58,712 nt of DNA from a virus. Lineage: Duplodnaviria > Caudoviricetes. The position numbers and the translations under genes are program-made. The stretch spans positions 1 to 58,712 of the IMG/VR virus record IMGVR_UViG_3300014962_000008; one strand, 5' to 3'. How positions within the stretch are numbered: position 1 is the first letter of the stretch; each line of letters opens with the position of its first letter. The notes under the pieces were generated by a model. That model searched no databases. It was not told the DNA's origin and saw only the letters and a program-made list of their open reading frames with translations. Below are positions 9,544 through 19,386 of this stretch, one piece after another.

Positions 9544-10245
9544 TTAACGCTCTTTGGCAACGTAGACGTAATCGACCGTCATCGTCTTGGCTACGCCTTC
9601 ACCATTCTGCAGCGCGAAGCTCACGGTGCAGGTGGTGTCAGGCAGGTAGGCAGACGAGGCATCAAGCGAGCCCACGACAGCGCCATTGACTTCGTACGCC
9701 ACCTTGCCTTCGCCATCATAGTAGAAGCCGAGGGTGATGAACGTATCGTTCGCAAGCGTTGCAACAGACGACGCCGAGGTCGACCCGGTGGTGGCGTTCT
9801 TCCGGCAGACAACCGACACAGCAGTCGAGCCATCAGCCTTGAGGAAGTAAACACCGTCCGTCACGTCCAGCGGGGTCGTGTCAACGACCTGAAGGCCGAA
9901 GACGAGATCCGACTGGGTGGCGTCCGACACCTTGAAGCGGCAGCGGAAGAACAGCTTCTTGCCGGACGTGAAGGTCCAAGCAGCAGGCGTCTTCTGCAGC
10001 GCAACGAGGTCGTTGTCGGCAGCCGTGTTGGTGAGCAGCAAAAGGCCACCGTCACCGGCGGTCAGCGCCTGAGTGGCGCCTGCGTCGGTTTCGGTGACAA
10101 CCCAGTCACCAGCCGTGTACGTGTCAAAGTCGTTAAAGTACTCGTGGAACAGCGTCGGGTTGGGCTGAACCATGTCCGCAAACAGGTCAGTCTCACCGAC
10201 GTTGGTCACGCCGAACGGGAAGCGAGTATTCGAAATGTTACCCAT
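9544..10245 (-). CDS. Capsid-associated (decoration/minor capsid) protein, lectin-like fold likely
   Basis: Directly downstream of the major capsid gene; YFNDFD...MTVDYVYVAKER. Confidence 0.7.
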   Translation of the reverse strand: MGNISNTRFPFGVTNVGETDLFADMVQPNPTLFHEYFNDFDTYTAGDWVVTETDAGATQALTAGDGGLLLLTNTAADNDLVALQKTPAAWTFTSGKKLFFRCRFKVSDATQSDLVFGLQVVDTTPLDVTDGVYFLKADGSTAVSVVCRKNATTGSTSASSVATLANDTFITLGFYYDGEGKVAYEVNGAVVGSLDASSAYLPDTTCTVSFALQNGEGVAKTMTVDYVYVAKER

Positions 10246-10267
10246 GGTGTCCTCCTAGAAAGGAAGA

Positions 10268-10287
10268 CTGGGGGCCGAAGCCCCCAG
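10268..10287 (-). terminator. UUCG-tetraloop hairpin after the major capsid gene
   Basis: Minus strand ctgggggc-ttcg-gcccccag followed by tcttccttt. Confidence 0.7.
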
Positions 10288-10292
10288 CCTCA

Positions 10293-11207
10293 TTAGATAC
10301 CCGGGGTACCGTACACGCCGCGCGGGTCAGTCCAGCCGAACGCATAACGCTCGGTGGCCTTGTAACGCATGCTGTCGGTTTCGAAGTCGCCTTCCATGGA
10401 CTTTTCAAGCCCACGGCGCATCGCCAGCTTCAGGCCTTCCGGCGCATCGGTCTGGACCCACCATGCGGTGGTCGAGGTGATACGCGAGAGGTTGGCCTGC
10501 CCGTCGTCCAGAAGTCCCATCGAACGTACTGGATTTACGTCATTATTTGCCGTTCCAGCGCGCAGTGCAGACTTGAGCAGCACTTCGGCTTGGAAGACGT
10601 TTGACGGGCCGGTGACGATCTTCTTCGGGGTCAGACGGATGCGCTTGCCGTTGTTGTCAACAGCGTTGCGGATCTGAATGAGAAGCTGTTCCAGCGAGGT
10701 CTGCGAAAGGTTCGCAGAGGTGGAAAGCTTGTTCGAGAAGGTGCCGCCGGAGATCGGGTGATCGGTCGCAACCAGTTCCTTGCCGTCGCCGCCAACGTAC
10801 GAAGCGTTGAATGCACGGTTCAGAATGTTTGCACCAAGGGTTTCCTTGGTTTCGATCAGCGACTGCGCGAGGTGACGTGCATAGGTCTGACCGATGCGGA
10901 TGTGGTCACCGTCTTCGACCAGAACCTTCGTCAGAGCGAAGGCCAGACCGTAGACACGGTAGACGTAGCGCTGAATAAACAGCACGCCGCCTGACTGGTA
11001 GGTGACCGGCATGCCGTCGGGCAGTTCCGGTGCAGCGCCGAAGCCGTACAGCACAGGCTCTTCGTGGTAGTTCCGGGGGATGCCCTTGAACTCCTTGAAG
11101 ACCTGCGACCATTCGTCTGCGCGCTGGTCATAGATGCCGTTGAACTCTTCGTTCAGGATCGGCTCGACGATGGAGCGGAAATCAGTACTCCGCATTGGGG
11201 TAGCCAT
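10293..11207 (-). CDS. Major capsid protein
   Basis: 304 aa after scaffold and cement genes; C-terminal GDFETDSMRYKATERYAFGWTDPRG typical of this HK97-fold capsid family. Confidence 0.9.
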   Translation of the reverse strand: MATPMRSTDFRSIVEPILNEEFNGIYDQRADEWSQVFKEFKGIPRNYHEEPVLYGFGAAPELPDGMPVTYQSGGVLFIQRYVYRVYGLAFALTKVLVEDGDHIRIGQTYARHLAQSLIETKETLGANILNRAFNASYVGGDGKELVATDHPISGGTFSNKLSTSANLSQTSLEQLLIQIRNAVDNNGKRIRLTPKKIVTGPSNVFQAEVLLKSALRAGTANNDVNPVRSMGLLDDGQANLSRITSTTAWWVQTDAPEGLKLAMRRGLEKSMEGDFETDSMRYKATERYAFGWTDPRGVYGTPGI

Positions 11208-11220
11208 TGTTCAGCCCTCC

Positions 11221-11769
11221 TTAGTAGTCAACAATGTCCGCGACGTTCTGGTGCTCAGAAATCTGAACCTGAACGATCACGTAGGTGTCGCCCCAAGCGT
11301 TATTAGCGCCCGGAGTGATACCGATGACACGGAACGAAGCGTTGTTGGCAATCGAGGAAACATCCAGCATCTGGCTCGAAAGCCCGGTGGTGGTGTTGCC
11401 CGAAGCGGCGGTGAAGTCGTACTGAGCGCCGATCGTGGTGGCGTCCATAGCAGCGTTGCTCTGGATTTCATACACGATGGTCGGATCGAGCGTGGCGTAG
11501 GCAACGATCTGCGTGGCGTTCGCCTGAGCGACCCACTTGTTGCTTACGCGACGGCGACCGTCGCTGTCGGTCCACTCAACACCCTGAAAGGTGCCAATGA
11601 AACGATCACCGACGCCAGCGGCTTCGAGATTGCCGTCAACAAGCTTGACGGGCTGGTTTTGGTAAATAGTCGTCGCGTAGGTCGGGTCGATCGAGTAGGC
11701 GGTGGGACGAACCACGCCACTCGGCGAGTAGACCGGGCGAAGACCGAAGGGAGCCGAAGTCGAAGACAT
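11221..11769 (-). CDS. Capsid cement/decoration protein
   Basis: APFGLRPV...GTFQGVEW...DPTIVYEIQ; immediately upstream of the major capsid gene. Confidence 0.7.
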   Translation of the reverse strand: MSSTSAPFGLRPVYSPSGVVRPTAYSIDPTYATTIYQNQPVKLVDGNLEAAGVGDRFIGTFQGVEWTDSDGRRRVSNKWVAQANATQIVAYATLDPTIVYEIQSNAAMDATTIGAQYDFTAASGNTTTGLSSQMLDVSSIANNASFRVIGITPGANNAWGDTYVIVQVQISEHQNVADIVDY

Positions 11770-11805
11770 GGGCTGTACTCCGTAAAGGGTTGCGTTTTAC
11801 CCCGC

Positions 11806-12354
11806 TTAGGCGAAAATGCCGCGGCGAGGTTTGTGATCACGCATCTCCTGCATGCCGTCACCTTCGTACATACTGGCACCAGCCCGCTCAGCCTGTTCGC
11901 GCATCATCTCCGCGACTTCAGCCAGCTTGTCTTCTTCGCGCAACGGGGCGTCGTGGTGAGCCTCCTGCATGAACCTTTCGTAAAGGCTCAAGGGCAGCTT
12001 AAACGCGATCATCTCGTTCACCCCGATCATCCCGGCATACTCGCCGGTCTTGATAGAGGCATGCGCCATTCCGGGGATCTCATCTGCCTTAACAGGCTCG
12101 TAACCGAGCTGCATGCGACGGTAGATGGGGTCGCGCGGATTTTGGGTGGTCAACCAGCACATGTGATAGCCCGGAATATCCGGCAGATCAGGAAGTGCGT
12201 CGTTGAAAAGTTGATTACGGAACATTTCGAGCCGGTCGTCTTCGCTAACTTCCCGCGCTTCCGTGACCTGTCGGTCCTGTGAGCGGCGGTCGTCGCGGCG
12301 ACCTACTACATCCATGTCCTTCTTCAACCTTGCGTCTTCAGTACCGTTCGTCAT
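11806..12354 (-). CDS. Conserved head-module hypothetical protein
   Basis: LPDIPGYHMCWL...GYEPV motif; lies between scaffold and capsid genes. Confidence 0.75.
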   Translation of the reverse strand: MTNGTEDARLKKDMDVVGRRDDRRSQDRQVTEAREVSEDDRLEMFRNQLFNDALPDLPDIPGYHMCWLTTQNPRDPIYRRMQLGYEPVKADEIPGMAHASIKTGEYAGMIGVNEMIAFKLPLSLYERFMQEAHHDAPLREEDKLAEVAEMMREQAERAGASMYEGDGMQEMRDHKPRRGIFA

Positions 12355-12372
12355 GTTGTCTCACTCCTTCTT

Positions 12373-13302
12373 TCAGCGAGCCGAACCATTGTCGTAGGCC
12401 TGATACGCTTTCAAATAGCGTTGGCGAAGCACGGGATCATCCCATACTCCAGCCTCAATCATAGCCTGCTTACGTTCCGGTGTCACGTATATTTCTTTCT
12501 TGGTGCTAACAGGGGCGTGTTCACGGGTATTTCCCGTGGGCGGGCCCTTGCGTCGCGGCTTGGCAGTTTCGGTCGGAGCGTCGTCTCCGCCGATGGCTTC
12601 AGCCACCCGCGCAGTCAGTTCCTCCCAGTACTCGCGGCTGGCCGGGTTGTAGCCCTCAGACGCAAGCTCGTTGTCGATTGCCTTGGTCAGCGCACTGTCG
12701 CGGTCGCGGCCTGTCGGGTCGTACCACGGGTTGGCTTCCATCCACTCGCGAGCATAGTTGACCACGGATGGGTTTGGTGCGGCCGGTGCCGCTACCTGCT
12801 GACGCGCCTGCTCAAACTGGCGCTTGGCTTGATCGAGTTGCTGTGCCTCGGCAATCGCCTGATCGCGGATGCGCATGGCCGCCACGACATCCTCGCCATT
12901 GCCCGCCTCGGTGGCCTTGGCAATGATCGCCTCAGCCTGACGCACGTCCGCAACAGCCTTGGCGAGACGCTGCTCGAGCGTCTGCACGTTGGTGTTGACG
13001 GCGTGGGTCTCCGTGGCGGAGACGCGCTGCGACAGGGCCGCAACGGTTTCGCGCAGCATCTGCAGTTCGCGCTGGGCGGCGTCACGCGCGCGCTTCTGGC
13101 GCTCGCGTCGCTTGACCCGCTTGTCGGCCTTGACAACGTCCTCCTCGCTGTCGTCTTCGCTCTGCGCTAGACGCTCATCGTCTTGGTCGTCATCGTCCTC
13201 CTCGGCTTCCGCCGGGGCGGCTTTCTCTTCGGCCTCTTCGGGCGGAGTTTCGACGGGGATCAGCTCGTCGTCGTCTTTTTCGGTAATCGTATTGTCGGTC
13301 AT
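12373..13302 (-). CDS. Scaffolding protein (probable)
   Basis: Acidic N-terminus, long coiled coil, W..ANPWY motif; position in the head module. Confidence 0.75.
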   Translation of the reverse strand: MTDNTITEKDDDELIPVETPPEEAEEKAAPAEAEEDDDDQDDERLAQSEDDSEEDVVKADKRVKRRERQKRARDAAQRELQMLRETVAALSQRVSATETHAVNTNVQTLEQRLAKAVADVRQAEAIIAKATEAGNGEDVVAAMRIRDQAIAEAQQLDQAKRQFEQARQQVAAPAAPNPSVVNYAREWMEANPWYDPTGRDRDSALTKAIDNELASEGYNPASREYWEELTARVAEAIGGDDAPTETAKPRRKGPPTGNTREHAPVSTKKEIYVTPERKQAMIEAGVWDDPVLRQRYLKAYQAYDNGSAR

Positions 13303-13329
13303 GACCGGCTCCTTTCTAGCCTTATCGAC

Positions 13330-13758
13330 TTACAGGAAGGCCTTCATCGCCAGCGGATCGCCGGTGATCTTGCCTAGTAGGTCGAGGTCGTTGAAAATGA
13401 CAAAGAGGATTTCCTCCCCGTCCTCGTTACGGACGGACCAGCGGTCGCCCCCGTACTTCGGTGCGCGCACGAAATCGTTCACGCCGACCCACGCGCCTTC
13501 AGGCCATGGCTCCATCGTGTTGCGATTGTGGAACGCCAGCGGGCCCATGGCGATAACCTTGGCCACCTGCGTGTTCCACGTCTCCGTGTCGCGTGTCTCT
13601 CCGGACAGGATGATCCCGCCCTTGGTCTTGGTCTTGGCGCGCCTGATCTGGCACAGCACTCGGCTGCCAAACGGCTGCACGCCGGGGTCGATCGGCGGGA
13701 AGGCGTCCTCGACGCCCTCGTAGTCGAACTCGACCTTGTTCATTTCATAGGCCTGCAT
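13330..13758 (-). CDS. groES: GroES-like co-chaperonin
   Basis: QPFGSRVL...KTKGGIILS...KVIAMGP...KYGG...NDLDLLG; ATG 13758 preceded by AAGGAG. Confidence 0.85.
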   Translation of the reverse strand: MQAYEMNKVEFDYEGVEDAFPPIDPGVQPFGSRVLCQIRRAKTKTKGGIILSGETRDTETWNTQVAKVIAMGPLAFHNRNTMEPWPEGAWVGVNDFVRAPKYGGDRWSVRNEDGEEILFVIFNDLDLLGKITGDPLAMKAFL

Positions 13759-13777
13759 ATTCGCTCCTTTCTGCAGG

Positions 13778-13969
13778 TTAAAGTACGAAGTCCTTGCGCT
13801 CCTTCTCGGCAACGGTGTCGATCAGGATGCGCTTGGCCATCTCAAGTCCAGCGTAGAGCCCCACAGCCCGTCCATAGTTGAACTCCCCGGGCTGGGGGTG
13901 CTGCAGCGCCTCATGGGCGAGCTTTGATTGCTCGACCTCCAGACGCTGCAGTAGCTGCTCTAGTTTCAC
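13778..13969 (-). CDS. Small conserved hypothetical protein
   Basis: 63 aa, GTG start overlapping the upstream stop; usual position between portal and GroES. Confidence 0.7.
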   Translation of the reverse strand: MKLEQLLQRLEVEQSKLAHEALQHPQPGEFNYGRAVGLYAGLEMAKRILIDTVAEKERKDFVL

Positions 13970-14106
13970 GCAGAGGTCTTCTTGCTGCCGCTGACTTCAA
14001 ACTTGGGCGACTGGCCCATCTTGAGCAGCTTGTGCAGGTTGGTGTTCTCGGCGTTGATGCTGCCAGTTTCCTTGCCCTTGCTCAGGGCGGCGTCGTTCTT
14101 TGCCAT
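13966..14106 (-). CDS. Small basic hypothetical protein (46 aa)
   Basis: Read manually: MAKNDAALSKGKETG...; RBS AAGGA; stop overlaps next start. Confidence 0.65.
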   Translation of the reverse strand: MAKNDAALSKGKETGSINAENTNLHKLLKMGQSPKFEVSGSKKTSA

Positions 14107-14110
14107 CGTG

Positions 14111-14245
14111 TCAGTCCTTCTTCTGGCCCATAGTCAACTGCGCCGCGCGCAGGTTCTTAGGGGCGGGCTTAGGGGTGGTTACCTCGGCTTTCGTCGGGGC
14201 GGTGTCCGCAGCGGGCTGCTGGACCTTGGTCGGCTTCTTGGCCAT
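14111..14245 (-). CDS. Small basic hypothetical protein (44 aa)
   Basis: Read manually: MAKKPTKVQQPAAD...; RBS GAGG. Confidence 0.6.
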   Translation of the reverse strand: MAKKPTKVQQPAADTAPTKAEVTTPKPAPKNLRAAQLTMGQKKD

Positions 14246-14253
14246 TGTCTACC

Positions 14254-16806
14254 TCATTGGTTAGGATTAGGGTTGATGCCTGTGCCGGTGGACACGCCGA
14301 CACGCTCGCCGCTGGCGATCTCGGCTGCAGCGAGCTGCATGGCCGTGCGGTTGTCGTCCGTGTTCATGGCCATGCGTGCTTGCAGCTCTGCGGCCTTGCG
14401 TGCGTCCTCGGCGGCCTGCTGCTGCTGCGCCATCTGCACGCGCGCCTGCAGCTCGGCGATGCTGAGCTGGGCGTCCTGCTGGTCGCTGGCTGCGTCTTGC
14501 TGCATGCGCGCCTGCTCGATGGCCATGCGCTGCTGCTGCGTCTGCTGGTCGGCCTGCATGCGCATCTGCTCAAGCTGCATCTGCTGCTGAAGCTTCTGCC
14601 CCTCGAGGGCCATGCGCGGGTCTTGCATGGGCTGCGGTGCGAACTGCTGCATGATCTGCTGCGCCTGCTGGATGATCTGCGGCAGGCTCTGGAAGAGCTG
14701 CTGTCCTGCACCCAGCGCCACGCCGCTGGCGTCGGCAAGCATGCGGTCAAGGGTGCGCCGCTCCTCGTTGTCCGCGTCCTCGACCATCTCCTTGAGCACG
14801 TCGCCGATGTCCTCGCCGATGGCCTGATTGCTGACCTCGACCACCGCCGTGGCGTACCACAGGGCAAGGTGCTCCTTGAGGTGGTTGAGGATGACCGGGA
14901 TCAGGGTCGGGGCGATCAGCGGGTTCATGCCGAAGGTCGGGTCCATCATGTACGCGATGTGCGTCTGCAAGTGGGCCAAGTGGTCCTGCTCGGGGAATGC
15001 CGTGATCGGTCGGCCCAGCGACGCGGCGACGTTCTCGTTGATCGCGTTCTGCTCCTTCGGCTCCAGCGGCGGGGCAAGCAGCTCCTTGGCGTTGGGGATT
15101 TTCAGCGTGTCGAGGATGCGCTCCTCAACCTTGCGCATGTTGTAGAGCTGCGGCATCGCCTGAGCGCGCTGCGCCACGGCCTGCATCTGCGCAAAGCGCT
15201 GCGTCTCGCTGAAGATGTTCGGGTCGCTGACCGGGACAACGTCAAGCGGCCCTTCGAAGTCTGCGCGCGTTGCCAGCTCCTCGCCAGCCTCATGCTCCAG
15301 ACGCTCGTCGTCGAGGTTCATGGCGTTGAGGCGGTGGAGGATGCGCAGCATGCGCGCCATCGCGTCGTGCAGACGCCCGTGGATCGACGAGTAGACGACC
15401 ATGCCCTGCTCAAGCTTGGCCAGTGTCGTGCCGACGGGCGCGTTCGGGTTCTGGTCGGCGATGTCCTCCATGGACGTGCGCACAACGCCCTTGCCCGCGT
15501 CGATCAGGAAGCCCAGCAGGCTGAACAGCACGGGGTTGGGCGGATTGTACGGCATCGGCATGAAGATCTTGCGGATGTCGTCAACATTGAGGCCGCCCTC
15601 GATCTCGCGGATTTCGCCCGGCACGGGTGCCTCGGACTGCCCGCCGATCTTGGCGCCCTTGAGCTTCAGGCCTGCGGGCGTGTTGCTGATGTGCGCCGCG
15701 TCAAGCAGGGCACGCAGCGAGCCGGTGGCGGCAGCGCTCAGGCCGCCGATCATGTGCGGCAGGCCGATCGGGTAGGCACCGCGCCACGGGATGAAGGGGA
15801 ACTCAACGAACCACTGCAGCTCTTCCTGCGACGCGTCGTCCTCGTCCCAGTTACGGTAGATGCTCAGCACCTTGCCGGTGGATTTATCCACCGAGATGAT
15901 GTAGGGTAGCGGCCCCTCGTCTTCCACGTCCGCGATGGCGTAGATTTCGTAGACGATGCGCAGACCATCCTCGTTGTAGCTGGTCTCGTCGCGCCCCTCG
16001 ATCTTGTTGTTGGCCTTGCCCGCGCCTGACAGCTCAGGCTCCATGCCCACCGGAGCAAGGTCAACGTCGCGGTACATGCCAGATTTTACACGCTGCTCGT
16101 AGTCGAGCTGCGTCAGGTACTGCACGTGCGTCTTGCGCTGCGCCGTGTAGAAGTTGGTCGCGGCGTAGGGCAGGTACATGTCGTCGATCGCGACGAATAG
16201 GAAGTTCGGGCGGTTGCGCTTCTCGTCCCAGCCCAGCTTGAGGTACTGCGCGCCGCCCAGCGGCACCTGCGTCATGAGCTGCTCAAGCTCTGCGCGGACC
16301 TCGGGGCACTGCACGGTCATCTGCCAGTTGAGCAGGTTCGTCTTGCGCTTGGCCTTGGCCAGCTTCTCTTCGTTCTGCTTGCCCGGGATGAAGTCCTTGG
16401 CCGGTCCCTCGGGCGGGAATATCTCCTTCATGGCCCGCGCGGCAAAGTCAACGCAGGCCTCGGTCAGCATGGGGTGCACGACCTTCGACGCGCCGCTGAA
16501 CTGCGCCCCGCCGGGCGCGTCATCGCCCAGACCCGTGCGGCGCAGGCCCTCTTCGTACTGCTCGTCGCGCTTCTTGCGCGCCTCCTTGTCCTTGGCGATC
16601 AGGTCAAGGAAGGAAGACGACAGACGCATGAGGTCTGGCTCGGACATGTTCTCGGCGAGGTTGGTGTAAAACTCGCTCTGACCCTCGGGCGGGCTGTCCT
16701 CGTCATCGAAGCGCACGATCGCGCCGCCGTCCTCGGTGTCCTCCACCTCGCTGTCGGCCCCTTCGACCTCCATGTACTCGCCTTCCGGCTTCTCGTCTTC
16801 GTCCAC
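14254..16806 (-). CDS. Portal protein
   Basis: 850 aa after the terminase; VVHPMLTEACVDF, PVGTTLA and PVSDPNI motifs; Gln-rich C-terminal barrel like P22-type portals. Confidence 0.9.
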   Translation of the reverse strand: MDEDEKPEGEYMEVEGADSEVEDTEDGGAIVRFDDEDSPPEGQSEFYTNLAENMSEPDLMRLSSSFLDLIAKDKEARKKRDEQYEEGLRRTGLGDDAPGGAQFSGASKVVHPMLTEACVDFAARAMKEIFPPEGPAKDFIPGKQNEEKLAKAKRKTNLLNWQMTVQCPEVRAELEQLMTQVPLGGAQYLKLGWDEKRNRPNFLFVAIDDMYLPYAATNFYTAQRKTHVQYLTQLDYEQRVKSGMYRDVDLAPVGMEPELSGAGKANNKIEGRDETSYNEDGLRIVYEIYAIADVEDEGPLPYIISVDKSTGKVLSIYRNWDEDDASQEELQWFVEFPFIPWRGAYPIGLPHMIGGLSAAATGSLRALLDAAHISNTPAGLKLKGAKIGGQSEAPVPGEIREIEGGLNVDDIRKIFMPMPYNPPNPVLFSLLGFLIDAGKGVVRTSMEDIADQNPNAPVGTTLAKLEQGMVVYSSIHGRLHDAMARMLRILHRLNAMNLDDERLEHEAGEELATRADFEGPLDVVPVSDPNIFSETQRFAQMQAVAQRAQAMPQLYNMRKVEERILDTLKIPNAKELLAPPLEPKEQNAINENVAASLGRPITAFPEQDHLAHLQTHIAYMMDPTFGMNPLIAPTLIPVILNHLKEHLALWYATAVVEVSNQAIGEDIGDVLKEMVEDADNEERRTLDRMLADASGVALGAGQQLFQSLPQIIQQAQQIMQQFAPQPMQDPRMALEGQKLQQQMQLEQMRMQADQQTQQQRMAIEQARMQQDAASDQQDAQLSIAELQARVQMAQQQQAAEDARKAAELQARMAMNTDDNRTAMQLAAAEIASGERVGVSTGTGINPNPNQ

Positions 16807-16874
16807 GGGTCAATCCTTACTCTGTTTGCCGGACATATCGTCTCGCGCGTTTACCATGCGTGCCGTTGCAATGT

Positions 16875-17087
16875 CTACCACTCGTCAGCCTGTTCGGAGA
16901 AGCGCCTCGTCACGAAGTACAGGATGCCCACGATCTGGGCCGCCGTCAGGCCGTCCTCGATAGCCATCGTCACGGCGCGTGCAAGGTCGTCGTGCAGGGT
17001 CTGTTCGCCCGGGTGGACGTTCTCGTTGACGGGCAGGTAGCGCCTGATCTCGATTACGTTGTCGTCTTCGTCTTCGTCTTCGTCCAT
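16875..17087 (-). CDS. Small acidic hypothetical protein (70 aa)
   Basis: ATG 17087 with GGGAG RBS; MDEDEDEDDNVIEIRR... Confidence 0.6.
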   Translation of the reverse strand: MDEDEDEDDNVIEIRRYLPVNENVHPGEQTLHDDLARAVTMAIEDGLTAAQIVGILYFVTRRFSEQADEW

Positions 17088-17098
17088 ACGTATCTCCC

Positions 17099-18547
17099 TC
17101 ACGCCGCGTACGGGTTGCCGGTGTTCTTGCGCGGCACGATTACCGGCGCGTCTTCCTTGATCAGTTTGATCATACCCTTGTCCATCATGAGCCGCATGGC
17201 TTGGCTGGCGGCGTCCACGTGGTCGTCGTGCTTGATGCTGCCCTCGCCCGTGAATGCGCACAACTGCGTGATCAGCGGGTCGCACCAGTTGCGCGGCCTG
17301 CCCGGGTGCTTCTCGCTCTCCGGCACCCAGACGCGCTTCTGCGCGAAGACCGGGCTGACGATGTGCAGGCGGGTGAGCTTGTCCGCGCGCCCCGGGTTGT
17401 ATGCGTAGGCCTCGATGCCCGCCTCGGCCAGCATCTGGCGCAGGCTGATGCCGCTGCCCTTGTCCTCGATCAGCAGGATGTCCGGCTTGCGCCCGGAGGT
17501 GAGCGGCTTGCTGCTGCCGAAGAGCGGCTTGATCAGCGCCTGATCCTCGTCGTCGCCGTAGGGCGTGTTCATCTCGCGCTTCACGCGGCGCATCAGGTCG
17601 GGCAGGCCGAGGTGGTCTTCCCAGCAATCAAGCAGCATGACGTTGGAGCGCTTCTCGTGGTGGAAAACTCCCCACACGCTGCACGCCGTTGGGTCGGGGT
17701 CGCCCTTCTTGTCGAGCGACTTCTCGGTGTAGGCCGTGTCGAGGGACATGATGATCCAGTCGAAGCGCGGCAGGGGTTTGTCGTGCGGCCACAGGCGCAT
17801 CCAGCTCCGCTTGATGATGCCGCTCTCTTCGGGGTCGATCAGCTCGCCGTACAGCTCCTGCCTGCCGAGCGTCGTGCCCTCGTACTGCTCAAGCGCCTTG
17901 AAGAAGCTGTCGGGCAGGTTGGCCTTGTTGTCGAAGGTCGAGCCGCGCACGATGATACGATCGGGCGCCGGGGTGCTGAGCTTGCGGATCAGCTCCTTGG
18001 GCTTGGGTGTCGTTGTCCACAGCACCTGCGGGTTGGGGCCGAGGCGCATGCCGAACATTGCCATGTCCCACGTGTCCTCGTCGTACTGCCACGCTGCCAG
18101 CTCGTCGAACCAGCCGCGACAGTGCTGCGGCCCGCGCAAGCGCTCGGGCTTCTCCGCCGTGAAGCCGCGTATCGTGCTGACGCCGCCAGCCACGTTCTTC
18201 ATGCGGATGAGCATGTCGGACTTGTTGTGCTCGACGAGCAGCTCAGGGGGTAGCACGCTGAGGATGCCGCTCTCGCCCTCGAAGCAGGTGAACTTCACGT
18301 CGCTGTAGGTCGGGGCGATGACGCAGCTATCGAAGCCGCTCGGGTCTTCGAAGACGGCCCGCGTAATCCACTCGGCGCCGACGCGGGTCTTGCCGAAGCC
18401 GCGCCCGGCGAGGTAACCGCACTCGGTCCAGTTAGAGCCTTCAACCATTTGGTTGGGCCGCGCTGTCGCGCGCCACCTGTTCTGCCAGTCGAGGTGGACG
18501 CGCTGCTCGGGGCTGAGCTGGGCAAGGAGGGCGGCAACGTCGGTCAT
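17099..18547 (-). CDS. terL: Terminase large subunit
   Basis: Walker A AGRGFGKT, LRGPQ, Walker B WFDE, TTTP motif, nuclease motifs SLDTA and HDDHVDA. Confidence 0.95.
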   Translation of the reverse strand: MTDVAALLAQLSPEQRVHLDWQNRWRATARPNQMVEGSNWTECGYLAGRGFGKTRVGAEWITRAVFEDPSGFDSCVIAPTYSDVKFTCFEGESGILSVLPPELLVEHNKSDMLIRMKNVAGGVSTIRGFTAEKPERLRGPQHCRGWFDELAAWQYDEDTWDMAMFGMRLGPNPQVLWTTTPKPKELIRKLSTPAPDRIIVRGSTFDNKANLPDSFFKALEQYEGTTLGRQELYGELIDPEESGIIKRSWMRLWPHDKPLPRFDWIIMSLDTAYTEKSLDKKGDPDPTACSVWGVFHHEKRSNVMLLDCWEDHLGLPDLMRRVKREMNTPYGDDEDQALIKPLFGSSKPLTSGRKPDILLIEDKGSGISLRQMLAEAGIEAYAYNPGRADKLTRLHIVSPVFAQKRVWVPESEKHPGRPRNWCDPLITQLCAFTGEGSIKHDDHVDAASQAMRLMMDKGMIKLIKEDAPVIVPRKNTGNPYAA

Positions 18548-18867
18548 GCGTTCCGGTACAGGCTCAGTGCGTCGCGCAGTTGGAGGTTGGTCTCGCGGAT
18601 GCGGTCATAACGGTCGTTAGCATCGGACAGCGCGCGATCCATCGAACGCAGCTCGCGCTCAAGTTCGCGGATGCGACGCCACGGGCCGATCGGCGCGCGC
18701 CAGTTGAAGCCGAAGGGCACGGCGAACTTGAGGCGGCGTGCGTGCCGGTCCCACAGGATGTGCAGCGAGAGCCACGGCGTGCTGAGGATCACGTTCTTCG
18801 CCAGCGGTTCCCACAAGACGTTAAGCCCTGTGCGAACTTGCCCCCCTTCCCGGCGCCGGTAGATCAC
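18544..18867 (-). CDS. Hypothetical protein with C-terminal coiled coil
   Basis: 4-nt overlaps with both terminase genes. Confidence 0.65.
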   Translation of the reverse strand: MIYRRREGGQVRTGLNVLWEPLAKNVILSTPWLSLHILWDRHARRLKFAVPFGFNWRAPIGPWRRIRELERELRSMDRALSDANDRYDRIRETNLQLRDALSLYRNA

Positions 18868-19301
18868 TCGGACGATCCCGCTTTGCGCAACGCCTCGGCA
18901 AGTTGCAGCGTGAGCGCCACGGTGTCGACGTTGCTATCGACCTTGAGCGTCTCGCCATCCTTGTTGCCGACATCAACGACCTGCTTGTCGCCGTACTTCT
19001 TCGGCTTGAGCTTGCCCATGGCCCACTTGCGCGTGTCGATGCGCACGCGCTTCTCTTGCGGGTCGAGGCCTTCCCGGTCGGCGATCTCGAGGATCTCCTC
19101 GAGCATGTCCTCCGTGGCCGCTTCGCGCGCACGCGCATACTTCTCCGCGAAGTCGGGGAAGCGATCGAGCCACACGTACACGGTCGATGCGACAGGGAAC
19201 TCATCCATCATGCAAAGCTTGCGCAGGCTCACGCCCTCTGTGAGCTTGTCACAGATGCGGTTAGCCATCTCTTCGGTGTAAGTGCTCGGGCGTCCGGTCA
19301 T
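18864..19301 (-). CDS. terS: Terminase small subunit (Sf6 gp1-like)
   Basis: GRPSTYT...SLRKLC...FAEKYARARE...DTRKWAMGKLKPKKYGD. Confidence 0.9.
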   Translation of the reverse strand: MTGRPSTYTEEMANRICDKLTEGVSLRKLCMMDEFPVASTVYVWLDRFPDFAEKYARAREAATEDMLEEILEIADREGLDPQEKRVRIDTRKWAMGKLKPKKYGDKQVVDVGNKDGETLKVDSNVDTVALTLQLAEALRKAGSSE

Positions 19302-19386
19302 TGATCTGCATGCTCCGTAAACGTGACAGGGCTTCCAGTGTCACGACGCAAGATACGCTCGATCTCCACATTGCGCAAGGGTGCTG

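Noticed and set aside
10269-10285. Identical 17-mer gggggcttcggccccca at 10269-10285 (minus) and 20359-20375 (plus) as a special repeat
   Set aside because: It is a generic C(UUCG)G hairpin with a G/C stem that easily arises twice.
14245-15909. Long antisense ORFs (also 11134-12282, 17201-18253, 23455-24663, 42619-43692, 44632-46413, 46173-47417)
   Set aside because: They are shadows of high-GC genes on the opposite strand, with no motifs or RBS.
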